Source: the human T2T-CHM13v2.0 reference genome, Homo sapiens. From it: a DNA stretch of 64,000 nt. The stretch is from the NCBI RefSeq assembly GCF_009914755.1, contig NC_060937.1. One strand, given 5' to 3'. The notes beneath the pieces were generated by a model. The model did not search any database and was not told the origin of the DNA. It saw only the letters and a program-made list of their open reading frames with translations. Positions 1-13,887 of the stretch are shown one piece after another (positions within the stretch are counted from its first letter, which is position 1; each line of letters begins with the position of its first letter). Position numbers and translations under genes: made by a program.

Positions 1-1073
1 TTACAGTATCCTTGATAATTGTTATGATGGTATGGAAGCACCTAGCTGGAGCACTTAATTCAGTTAACTAGTTAAGGAAGAGTCAAGGATAGCTTACCAG
101 AGGAAGTGACATATTTAGACCTGAAAAATGAGAATAAGTTAGGCAAAAGACAGAGATTAGAAAAGAGTTTATACTTCCAGATATGTGTATGCATAATTAT
201 TTTAGGCTTCCCTTTTTTGTTTTGTGTTTATGAATTACTTTGCACATTTTAAACTCTTGGAAGAGACAGGAACCATTTCATAGCCTCCATGGGTTACATT
301 CTGTAGTTTTCCTTAGGTATAAGGTGTATTTCTTCATTTCTTATAAGCTGCATGTGGTTGATCTTTTGTTTAAAAAAAGTATATGTATTTAAAAATGTAT
401 ATATCTATCTGTCCAGTTTGCCAATTCTTGTCTTTAAATTGGAGGGTCTAGTCTCTTTACGTGTAATTATTGACGTGTTTGAATTTAAACATACCATATT
501 ACCAAGTAGCTTTTTATTTGTCATGTCGGTTCAGTACATTTTTCTTTTTTTTTCCCACTACTTTTGGATGTACATGTCTTTTATTTTTATTCAGCATCCC
601 CCTTTATTAACCTTAAAAAATTATTATTTTGCTATTCTTTTAGTGGTAACCCTAGATATTATAACATGCATGTTTGATTTATTAAAGGGTAAAATAAATT
701 TATACTTTTATCATTTTCTGGACAATTCATGGATCTTCAAACACTAATTTCATTTATCCTTCTCCCAAATTCAGTGCTATTGTTTTTGATATATTTTAAT
801 CTTTTCCATCTTTTAAAGCTCTTCTGGACATCATTGTTATTGATAAACATAGTAAATATGTATTTAGATTTATCCATGTGTTTTTCCTTTTTCTAGCCTT
901 TATTTCTTCCTGCATGTCTAAGCTTCCATCTGGGCTCATTTACTTTCTGCCTGAAACATAGATTTTAGTATTTTCTTTGTTGGAAATCTACTTTTTACAG
1001 TCTCTTTTTCTTTCTCTGCAATTTTTAAATTTTTCCTTCACGTTTAAAGGATATATTCCTAGATATAGAATAA

Positions 1074-1390
<317 letters not shown>

Positions 1391-1835
1391 TGATTTTTAG
1401 CACTTTTCCTCTGATGTGTGTAGATGTGATTTTTTTTTGTACTAGTGAAATGGATGATAGATCAGAAATGATTCTGGTATCTATAGCTTAATTTATTTAA
1501 CTGGCCTTGAAAATTTGTTTGTAATTCTGTGTTCAAACACTGCTTCTTTATTTCTTTCTCCTATCCTTCATGAAGTGTAATTATAGGTATGATAGCCCTA
1601 TTCATTGTATTTCACATCCTTTTTTCCCCCCTCTGTTTTTATCCTTATGTCCTTACTATGTCCATATGACTGAATTTTTTTTGATGTGTATTCTAGTTCA
1701 CTCATTACTTCTTCAACTGTATGTAATGTGCTGTTAAACCTACCATTGAATTATCAAATTCACTTATTTTTCAGTTGTGGAAAGTATGTTTTATACTCTT
1801 CTATGGTTTTTTGTTTTCTGCTGAAATCTTCAATC

Positions 1836-2139
1836 TTTTTTTGTTTGTTAGTTTTTGAACTGGGTCTCATTCTGTTACCCATGCTGGAGTGCAGTGGCGT
1901 GATCTCACCTCACTGTAGGCTTGACCTCCCAGGCTCAAGTGATCCTCCTGCAGCGGCCTCCTGAATAGCTGGGACTACAGGTGCATGCTACTGTGCCACA
2001 GCTAATTTTTTTTGTATTGGTGGAGATGGGGCTTTACCCTGTTGCCCAGGCTGGTCTGGAACTGCTGAGTTCAAGCAATTTGCCCGCATTGGCCTCTCAA
2101 AGTGCTGGAATTACTGGTCTGTGCCACCGTGCCCAGCCC
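1836..2139 (-). mobile_element. AluJ-like
   Basis: Full antisense dimer, diverged, flanked by the TSD tcaatctt. Confidence 0.9.
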
Positions 2140-2600
2140 TCAATCTTGTTTTTCACATTAGTAATTATTGTTTTATGTTCTGGTTCTGATAACTTCATTA
2201 TCTAGTCATTTGTGTATCTGCTTCATTATCTAGGACCCTATATGTCTGTTGCTTTCCTTAGCTTTTATTCACTTCTAATCATTTAGTATGGCTGGCTATT
2301 TTTTATTGATGTCTGAATAAAGTATATAAAAATTGTAAACGCAATTTGAGGCTTTGGATACTGTTATCTTCCTTGAGAGAAGATTACTTTTGATTTACGC
2401 TGGTGCTGGTGTGTAGGCTTGGGACCCTGGCAGTCACAGATTGTTACAATCCAACTAAGAATAGGGATGATTTGAAGTTGTGCCTGGTCTCTGCAAGGAC
2501 TTACCTATATCGGTTTTTGTTTTAATTGAAATGAAATTCACAATAGCTATAGTTCGCCATTTTAACTATTTAAAAGTATACAGTTTAGTGGTTTTAGTAT

Positions 2601-2945
2601 ACAATTTTCCCTTCGTATCCTTGGGAGATTAGTTTCAGGACCTCCCATGGATACCAAAATCTACGGATGCTCTAATCCCTTAAGGAAAATGGCTTAATAT
2701 TTACATATAACCTATGCATATCCTCCCATATCCTTTAAATAATCTCTAGATTACTTATAATGGCCTATACAATGTAAATGCTGTGTAAATAGTTGTTATA
2801 CTGTGTTGTTTACGAAATAGTGACTAGAAAAATGTTTGTGTATGTTCATTACAGACACTGTCATCCATTTATTCCCCAAATATTTTTGATCCATAGTTGT
2901 TTGAATCCATACACAGAGACTCTATGCATACAGAGGGCATAATGC
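2601..2945. mobile_element. MER2 (TcMar-Tigger) DNA transposon fossil
   Basis: caggacctcccatggataccaaaatctacggatgctc...tctctagattacttataat...tgtaaatagttgttatactg matches the recalled MER2 consensus. Confidence 0.8.
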
Positions 2946-3469
2946 AGCTCTGTATTTACAATGTTGTATAATCATCATCTACTTAATTCTAGAATACTTC
3001 CATTACATTAAAAAGAAACCCCTCATCTCCCAATTTCCTCATCTCATCAACCCCTGGCAGTCCAGTAATCTACAGATTTACATATTTTAAATGGAATCGT
3101 ACAATATGGTCTGTTGCTACTGCCTTCTTTCTACTTAATATATTTGGCCTTTTTTTGTAACCCTTACTTTTGGGGTATACTTACTTGCAACAATTCTTGG
3201 AAGTCTGTGAACCCTAGCTTTGTCTCACTGTTTTCATGGGCATATTAAAATCTTTGTTCAGGTTCTCAGCCCTCCAACTGTTGTTTTTACAGTGGGCATT
3301 TATCTTGAGAGGGAAAGTAGCCTAAAGTCTGGGCTTACATCTCTGGGTTTCCTTTCTCTCTTGATCTGCCTTTGCAGTCCTAGTTTTCTTGGTAGCTCTC
3401 TGATGTCTTCAAGTATTGTTTTTATGTTTTATCCATCTTTCTGATTCCCAGCTCATTGGAATTAGACTA

Positions 3470-4640
3470 TGTAAATATTTGCTGAATGACTAAATTCATT
3501 TATTGAAACATTATTTATTGAATGGAAAATATGTGCCAAGTACTGGAGGTATAGTAGTGTACAAAGCAACAAAACTCTCTACTCTCCCACAGGTTACATT
3601 TTAGGGACAGTTGATAGGAAATAAAGCATACACCTGAAATACATAGTATGTCAAAAGGTGGAAATTTCTGTGGAGAGCATAATGCAGGGAAAGATAGAAT
3701 GAGTTCTAGGGTGTTGAGAGCTGTTTCAAGTAAGGTAAGTTAGGGAAAACCTCTTTGATAAGATGACATGGGAAGAGTTAACTGAAGGGAGAGAGCCATA
3801 TGGATATCAGTCAGAGGGAACAGAAAGTATAAAGACCCCGAGTCAAAAATGAGCTGTCCCACTGTCCAAGCAAGAGTATGGCTGGAGCAGAAATGAGGTG
3901 GTAGATTAGCTCCTAGCTCTGGGGGTTGGACAGATCATGTAGAGTGCTGTACAAGTTTGGATTTTATTAGAACAGAGTTGGGAAGCTGCTGGAGTGTCTT
4001 GAGTAGAGGAGAGACATGATCTGCTTAGCACTCACATTGATCCTGTTAAAACTGGTATTTCGGAATAAACCAGATCCTGGGTGGTGAGGGTGGATGCGGA
4101 GACACCACCTGGAGATTTTTTCAGTAACACAGACAAGGGAGGAATACTCTTTTAGATCAGGGTGCTAGCAGTGCAAGTAGAAAGAACTGACCAGAATTTA
4201 GATATATTTTGAAGGTACAGACAACCCAGTTTGCTAGACATTTGAATGTGGGGGCATGAGAAAGTCAGGAGTTAAGTTCTTGGCCTAACTGATCAGAAGG
4301 ATGGAAGTGCCATTGAGTGAAACTAGAAAGCTCGCTAGAGGATCTAATTTGCAGGTGGGATAGGCAGAAGATCAAGAGTTTGTTCTTGGCCCTGTTCAGT
4401 TTTATATGCCTGTTGTGCAGCTAAGAGGAGATGACAAGAAGTAAGTTAAATATATGAGGCTGCAAAATGGTCTGAGGTTAATATATACATTTGTGAGTTA
4501 TTAGTATCTTGTTGATACTAAAAAAGCTTTGAGATTGAATGAGGTCATTTAGGGGTGAATGTGAATAGAGAAGAGATGCAAGTACTGAAATCAGAGACAA
4601 TTCAAATTTTATAAGTCCAGGGCTGAGGAGGACTCAATAA
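3470..4640 (-). mobile_element. L2 remnant
   Basis: ttcatttattgaaacattatttattga 3' end followed by purine-rich degenerate L2 body. Confidence 0.6.
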
Positions 4641-4651
4641 AGAAGGTAGAT

Positions 4652-5258
<607 letters not shown>

Positions 5259-6429
5259 GGGCTAGTAGCTCAAGGATGAAGTGGAGCCAATGATTTTTTT
5301 TTTTTAAGTTGGGATAGATTTTACTGTGTTTGCATGCTGAAGCGAATGATCTAGCAGGTCAAAGGTCAGGAACGAGTCTTGTAGCAGTTTTCTTGAGGAG
5401 GGGAACAGGTATGGAATGTAGAGGGCAGAGGACATAGGTGGAAGGTGGGCTCTGTATAGTCCTGAGGGTAGTTCATCCACAAGAGAAGGGAAGGCAGATT
5501 ATTTTGGTAACCCTACAGGGTTAATAGATAGAACATATCAAAGTTGCCTTTCATCAATAAGAGTAAGAATGGTGGAGGAGGTCCTGTAAGTTTAAGCAGG
5601 GAAGAGAAGCAGCAAAATAGTAAATGGAAAAGGAAATAGATCTGGGAAATGGATTGTAGAGGAGCACTGAGATAATTTCACCTTCTCATCTATAAATTGA
5701 GAAAGTTTAATTAGATCCATCTCAAGACTTTTAAATGAATAAGTAATTGACTAACCACACCTTGAATACTATAATATACAAATTCTTGCTATTACTTGCT
5801 GTGACTTCGTTGTCAAACAGTAAAAACAAGTGTTTGATATGGATATAATATTGATATAAACAGAATTATTAATGTTAGTGCATATAAATATGACATTCAA
5901 ATGCAAATCTTATTGCTAGCAAAAATGTTTTGATATTAATTTCTATATATAGTTTAAGCTATAGATTATGGAAAACAGAAGCAATGCCCATAGTTGGTAG
6001 TTCACATTTGAACTACATAATGATCTCGTACTACTCCTAAGAATTTCTAAAACATATTTATGGAAGCTAAGTTTAGGTATGTATGTTCATTTCAGGGAAT
6101 ATTCATTTTAGGCTACTTGATATTTTACTTAAGCTTAATTACTCACAGGTGTGCTATTGCAGTTGTATGATAAAGGAAATAACTAAATTTTATGACTATC
6201 CAAAACATTCTTTGTGATTTTTTACTATCTATAATTTTTTTAATTTTTAATACAGTATTGCTCTGATATTTAGCAGTATTAATCACTTGTCATTTATATC
6301 TGTTTATCAGTGCATAGTGCCAGTGAAGTTGAAGTCATAGATATTATTCCCAGTAAGTTTTCCTCCGTATTTAGTTCTGGCTGCCCATGTCATACTGGAA
6401 AAATAAGGCAACTTAAATTTATTGAGTAC

Positions 6430-6815
6430 TTTTAAAGTTCATTTTATGCCACTATAATAGAATAGTACAGACTGGGTAATTGGTAATGAACAGAAATTTA
6501 TTGGCTCACAGTTTTGGAAGCTGGGAAGTCCAATATCAAGGTGCTGGTATCTCATCAGGGCCTTCTTGCTGTGTCATCCCATGGCAGAAGAGCAAAGAGA
6601 GGGTGGGAGAGAGAGCAAGAGGGGGCCTAAGTCATCCTTTTATAGGGAACCCATTCTTCTGATAAGGAGCCCTCTCACATGATAGTGGCATTAATCAACT
6701 CGCTCCACCCTCATGGCCTAATCACCTCTCTTTAGGACCCATCTCCCAACAATGTTGTATTGGGGATTAAGTTTCCAGTATATGTCTTTTGTGGGAACAC
6801 ATTCAAGCCATACCA
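6430..6815 (-). mobile_element. MaLR solo LTR (MST/MLT1A-like)
   Basis: cagactgggtaatt...atttattggctcacagttttggaagctgggaagtccaatatcaagg...cacattcaagccatacca. Confidence 0.8.
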
Positions 6816-7802
6816 AGTAAATAGCCTAAGTGAGTCACTTTTGAGTACTTTACATGTGGTAGAGTCTTTAGTCCTGCAGCTATCCTGTGAGATAGGCGGT
6901 GTTATTCTGAAAAGTTCCATGCCAAATTATGGATTTAGTAAGTGACAGGGTTGGGATTTATTTCCAAGTTATTCCAAATCTAAAGACTGTGCCACTATTA
7001 ATGATCAATTATAGTTCAGTAAAGTATATTTTGTATAACATTTGAAAATAAAACAATGGTTATATAGTCTTGTGCCTGTGAATTGTTCTTTTTTACCTGG
7101 CTGTATATCATCTTTAATTAGTGCCTTCCTGGACTCAGTCACCTTCTTTTAATTAGCCTTTATTTTATGTTCTTATTAGAAACTTGATAATTTCTACATT
7201 ATTGAAAAAAGAAATTTTGTAAGTAAGAGACTGCTTAGGATATTATGGAGTGGAACTAGAGTTCGAGAATTGAATGGCATTAGGTTGGCTCCTGATTGTG
7301 TACTTTAGGGATAGGTTATTTTTGTGGAAGAGTTAGTAAGAATTCTTTTATCAAATAGATAGTTAATAGACTATAAGGGGTAGATGGTTGAAAACTAAAT
7401 ATTTAAATGTTATTTTAAAGCTACTTACAAATATACTGACATCACACAAATGATATGAAATACTTGCTTAATAGATATATAATAGTTTCAAATATTTCAG
7501 TGCATACTATTTAGGTGCTTCTCATAGAATGGTCAACAAGACCAATGTGGAACTTATCATTAGAAGTTTATAGTCCAGTGTTTGTATATAACCCAACCCT
7601 GAGAGATATATCTAGCCCCCACCCCTAGAAACTTACTGTTTTCCCTCTGATTGTAAAATATTCATTTTACAAAATTTGTGGAATAGGAAAAAATATAAAG
7701 ATAAATGGAAAAGATTTATAAGCCCACAGCTCAGAGATACACTTCGGACATATTTCACTTTAGTTTCTTTTTCCTTTATACACATTTATTAGCATGAATT
7801 AA

Positions 7803-8151
<349 letters not shown>

Positions 8152-8789
8152 TAGTTTTTAATTTTCAGTTCTTTTTTTTCCTTTTGTCTCAGGGTCATAT
8201 ATGTCATTCTTTTTTCTCCTGTGACTCACTTAATCTTTGTATTTTCTGATCCATTAAATTCTGCTTTAACATGTATAATTTCTTTTTATTTACTCAGTTT
8301 TGCTTTTTAGAAATTCTCAACTGCATGAGTTAAATGCCTGACCCGTTTATTGTTATTATTTGCTGCTTTTAATTTTTGTTGAAAGCTTTTTAAAATAGAA
8401 ATTTTTGTAAACACCTTCTCATTAGGATATAAACACAGTTATTTGGGAAGTTACATTCCTTTCCTGTTATTAGCAAAAAAACTTTTTTTTTTATCTCAAG
8501 CAGGTTCTGTGAATTGTAGGGACCAGAGAACATTATTTTGTTGTTCTAGTCACGTATTTTTTATTTCTCTCAAACAAGTTTTGAACAAGTGAATCTTCTC
8601 TTTTTCCTTTACCTCATCTGGTAATTTTTGCAATCTATTTGTGCCATACTTGCAGTCTTAAAACATTTTTTTTGTTTGATTTTTACCACTTTTAGGCCTT
8701 CAGATTCTAAATTCATTATGTACTCTGATGCCAAAGTTGTTGCATACTTCACAGTTGTCTTCTTAGTAGATTATTGTACTACTTTGGCA

Positions 8790-8958
8790 TCATAGAACCA
8801 GAAGGCCTTAGAGGTCATATAATTTTGATGAATATTATTTTTTAAAGATCTGGAAACTGGGGCTTGGAGAAGAAGTAAACTGATGTACCTAGCTCACTAA
8901 ACTAATGTACTTCTGCTAAAAGGTTTTAGCAGAATCTCTACTTAAAAGCAGGGGTCTA
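8790..8958. mobile_element. MIR remnant (host site of the retro-insertion)
   Basis: ggccttagaggtcat...ggaaactggggcttggagaag resembles the MIR core. Confidence 0.5.
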
Positions 8959-9501
8959 CTGGGACCAGGGCAAGCCTCAGTCCTTACTGTGAGATGAAAG
9001 CCAGGCCATCTGCCAGCCCCACTCTGCAAGGTGCCTACTCCCTGCAAACACAGAAGCTTCTTGGTGGGAGCAGACACCAGACAAACAGGCCAATGTGGGG
9101 ACAGGGGCGGGGCCCTACCTGTTGGTGCCACTGGGCTCAGTGAGGTTGCCCAGGCCTTGGCTGCAGCAGTCCCGCTGCCAGCACTGGGAGAGGTTGAAGA
9201 GCACGAGACAGGCCACCAGGGCCACTGTCAGCAGCATGACCTTTGGCTTCAGGCTCATCTGCAAGAAGATGGAGCAGGCAATGAAGCCCAGGACACAGCT
9301 GCAGGTGTAGTACTGGGGAGGGGTTGGTGTCACTCAGGACAGGGCCGCATCATCACCTCCTCTTGCCTCTGATCCAGCACTGACCCCAGAGCCCCACTCT
9401 CCAGTGCTTCAGCATCGTGCTCTTGCCTTGCCGCCTCCCTTCTCAACAAAAAGCAACGAGATCTGAAAAAAAAAAAAAAAAAAAAAAAAAAAACCACACA
9501 C
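8959..9501 (+). mobile_element. L1-mediated retro-insertion of non-repeat GC-rich sequence
   Basis: A28 tail at 9466-9493. TSD aaaagcaggggtcta (8944-8958) vs caaagcaggggccta (9501-9515). TT/AAAA endonuclease site at 8942-8947. Abrupt rise in GC content. Confidence 0.88.
9119..9312 (-). pseudogene. ADCY7: Displaced ADCY7-like exon (194 nt, transmembrane region of adenylate cyclase 7) with its own splice sites
   Basis: Minus strand cccctccccag|TACTACACC ... ACCAACAG|gtagggcc. Translation YYTCSCVLGFIACSIFLQMSLKPKVMLLTVALVACLVLFNLSQCWQRDCCSQGLGNLTEPSGTN closely resembles recalled human ADCY7 YYTCSCVLGFIACSVFLRMSLEPKVVLLTVALVAYLVLFNLSPCWQWDCCGQGLGNLTKPNGT. Confidence 0.85.
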
Positions 9502-10926
9502 AAAGCAGGGGCCTAGATCTCTTTCCATTTAACCCCATTGAATCTGATTTGAATCTGGTTAGTAGTTCTGTGAGAAGCTATTACAGGATTTCAGATAATA
9601 AGATAATTGAAATAATGTAGCTATTCAGATCATAAAACTCATTTAATAATGAGTTATTGAGAAACTAAGTATTGTGATCTAAGTGGTGTTTTAGGAAGGT
9701 GAATTTGGCAGTGGTATTGAGTGGTGACATAGGAAGATGGGAGGAGGCAAAAAAGAGGGATTTTGAAACTGCCTGGCATGGTTCTGTGTTCCATCCCAGA
9801 TATCTTTAACAAAAGCTAACAAACAGTATATACAACTACTTTCCATTTTTTTTTAATATTGTCAGTTTTCTTTTATGTGGACTAAAGCATTACATTACTC
9901 TAACAAGTAAGATAATATTGCATGATACAATAATGAAATATTATTTAATTCAAGTCATATAGTCATTATTTTTGAAAAACAAAAATAATGAGAAAATTAG
10001 CCTTCAGAAAAACATTATGAAGATTAGGAATAATTACAAAAATATTTTAGTATATATTTAAATTCTGCATTTTAAAACGTCTAGAAACAATAACTTTTTA
10101 TATTATGAGTTATATTCATAATATAAAAATACTCTCTTCAGTGTGCTCTATTTGAGAACTTACATAATAACCTCATTTAACATTATGTATAACAGTGATT
10201 CAGGTGGGCAGATTTTATTTCACAAAGTGCAGTTATAATTATGGCTGAATTTTGAGATTCGGATAAAAAAGGAATATAGATATTAGTTTTTCTCATATAA
10301 TCTTTATCTTTTATTCATTCATTTGAAAGTCATTCATTACACAGTTGCATTAGAATTGAAGCAAATAACTAGAATAAAGTTATGTTTTATATCAAAGCAC
10401 TTAATTCTTAAAACCCCAGATATTCAAGTATTGTTTACAATTAGGATATAAAAGGTTAGAAATGATGTGCATGTTAACTCTCATGTAACTTTTGTGAGTT
10501 ACACTTTGATGTGATTGAGTTTATTTCTTTGTAATTATATTCTATAATTTTTTTGCCATATGTGTATGTGTGTGTATGTAGATATATGTATACATAGTGT
10601 GTGTATACATATATACACATACATGTTAAAATGATGAGGATAACTTGTAAAGCGACTTAAGTTTTATGGTAAAAATGGAGTTTATTATTTTGTTAGAATC
10701 TGAGTATTACATCTAACTGGGATGTATACATTGTAGTAATTAATTCATCAGCAACTAGGATATCTTGGACATTTGACAACTCATTTGTTGAGTCCCGTTT
10801 TGGAGGGGACATTTTCTTGCATGACAGTTGCAAACTGTTATCTATCAGGCACTGAGGCAGGTACTAGGGTATATAATGGAGTGCAGAGCTACAATACAAG
10901 CTCCACCGTCCTTCAGCTTGTATGTG

Positions 10927-10928
<2 letters not shown>

Positions 10929-10958
<30 letters not shown>
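10929..10958. repeat. (CA)n microsatellite
   Basis: Direct reading of the sequence. Confidence 0.95.
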
Positions 10959-10959
<1 letters not shown>

Positions 10960-11059
10960 TTATTTATTTTAATTTGAGACAGATTGTATACACACAAATC
11001 AAGTATAGATTATGTAGTGCTAGGAATGAAATAATGTATTTTTATCCAGAATAATGGAG

Positions 11060-11500
11060 ACATACGGTATTTTAGGTAGTGTAGTCAGTGAATGCCTCTT
11101 TGAAGAGGCAGCAACTCAAACTGAGAAGTATAAGAAAGAGTCAGTCCTGCTAAGAGCCAGTTAAGAGCATGTTAGAAAGAAGGAACAGTGAGCAAAAGGC
11201 CTGGGAGTTGGGAGAAAGTGTGCCTATTTAGAAACCAACTAAAATCTGAGTGATTGGATCCTTTAATGAGCAAAGGGGAGAGTAACATGATTACATTGGT
11301 GAGGTAGACATGAGTAAGATTTATTCAGGTTTTGTCGACTGTGAGAAACAGTTTGGATTCTGTTACAAGAGCAGTGGGAAGCCATTGAAAGACTTTAGGC
11401 TAGGGGAGTGACATAATTTCTTTTATGTTCTAAAAAGATCATCTGCCGCAGTGGGAAGGGAGCAAAGGCAAAAAAGTGGTGATCTAGTGTAGTGCTTCAT
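11060..11500 (-). mobile_element. L2 remnant
   Basis: gggaagccattgaaagactttagg...aaaagatcatctg, typical L2 3' region. Confidence 0.55.
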
Positions 11501-13591
11501 TTATAGTGGTGACACAGTTATTTTTTTTTATTAAATAAAGTGAAGAAACTAGAATTAAGCAGGAATCTGTTGTTTCTAGTTGTTTCCAGTAGGGATGTTT
11601 CCATCTGTACACTATTTTTAGTAAAAATGCATAAACCTATGTTTTCATTTCCGTTGGGTACTGAGAGTGCTGAGACCTACCTGTGGGTAAATGTGTGTTT
11701 AGTGCCTGTTATAAGAAATTTGCCAAATTGTTTTCTAAAGTGGCTGTGTCACTTTGTGTTCATATAAGAAATGTGTGAAAGGTCCAGTTGTTTTACATCC
11801 TCTTCCATACTTGGTGTTGTCAGTCTTTTTGATTTGAATCTGGTAGATGGATAGTGGTAGCTTACTGTGGTTTCAGTTTGTGTTTTCTGAATGCCTTATG
11901 ATATTAAGTATTTTTCCATGTGCTTACAGAACATTTTTATATCTTTTTTTGAAATATCTGTTAAGATCATTTGTCAATTTAAAAATGGCTTATATTTTTA
12001 ATTAAGATGTGAGAGTTCTTTATATATTCTGGGTACAAGTCTTATCAGATATATAATTTGCAAATATTTTTCTTCAGGCTCCGGTTTGTCTTTCCATTTT
12101 CTTAATAGCATATTAATTCTGTACAAGTCTAATTTATTGATGTTTTTTCTTGTCCTTTTGTGGCTTACTTAAAAAATATTTGCATAATCCAAGACAAGAA
12201 AAGATTTTTTTCTTAGAGGTTTTGCAGATTTAACCCTTATATTTGCATATGATATAAAGTAAGGATAAAAGTTCATGTGGCTGTGTGGTTGTTTCTGTTG
12301 TTGTAAATACTGTTCTTTCTCCATTATTTATCTTGTCACCTTTGTCTCACATCAATTGATCATCTATTGATTTGTTTTATAATTTATGTGGGTTTATTTG
12401 TGGGTTTATTTTTGGACTTTCTATTATGTTCTGTTAATGTGTATGTCTATTCTTATGGTAATGACATATTGCCTTGATTTTTGTGGCTTCCTTGTAAGTC
12501 ATAAAATCTGGTAGTTTAGGGCCTCTCAAGTTTGTTCTTCAGTCTCAAATTTGTTTTGGCTATTGTAGGCTTTTTGAATTTCCATATACGTTTTGTAATC
12601 AATTTGTGATTTTTCTAACAAAAAACCAGGCACAATTTTGATTAGGATGGTGAAAGATGAATTTGGAAGACCAAGACATCTTCTCATACTTAAATATGGT
12701 AAATGTCTGTATCTACTTAGGTTTTTCTTTTCTCTTGTTATTATTTTTTAATCTTAGCAATGTTTTGTAGTTTTGAGTATACACTTTACAAATATTTAGA
12801 TGTACTTACTACTTTGTATCTCATCTTTTTGTATTATAAATGATATTCTTTTTAGTTTTAATTTATTGTTTCAATTGTTCTTTGCCAGTATAAATAAATG
12901 TAATATGTTTGTGTATATTGATCTTAAATCCTGAGAATTTGGTAAAATTCTTTATTAAATTAGAACTTTTGGGTAGATTCCTTAGGATTTTGCGTGTAGA
13001 TGATTATGAGGTTTGTGAACAGAGATAGTTTTACATCTTCCTTTCCAATCTTTATGCCTTTAATTTATTCATTTTTCTTCCTGTTTTGCATTTGGTTGAG
13101 CATCCATGATAACACTGAATAGAAGTAGTCAGAGAGAACATCTTTGCTTTATTTATGACCTTAGTGTGGAAACCATGCAGTCATTCACCATTAAGTATGA
13201 TGTTAGCTATAGGTTTTTTATAGATGCCTTTTATGAATATCTGGTTGAGGAAATTCTATTTCTAGTTTGTTGAGAGCTTTTATAATGAATATTTTTGAAT
13301 TTTGCAAATGCTTTTTCTGTATCTTTTGACATCATCATGTGGCTTTTCATTTTTAGTCAGCTGATATGGGGAATTATGTCATTTGAGTTTTTTTTTTTTA
13401 TTGATGAGCAAATCTTGCACTCCTGGGATAAAACCAACTTGGTCATGATGTCTTTTTTGTTTTTTAATATGTTGCTGGATTTAATTTGGTATATATTAAG
13501 TGTTTTTGTGTCTACGTTCACGATGGTTATTTGGCTGTAGTTTTCTTTTCTTTGAAATGGTTTTCTGATTTTGTTACCATGATATTGTTGA

Positions 13592-13887
<296 letters not shown>

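Noticed and set aside
9115-9333. Stand-alone 72-aa membrane microprotein gene
   Set aside because: The start is a GTG in intron-derived sequence and the stop lies in the splice donor; better explained as a displaced ADCY7 exon.
8959-9501. Ordinary processed pseudogene of ADCY7
   Set aside because: Intron flanks are retained and the exon is antisense to the poly(A) tail.
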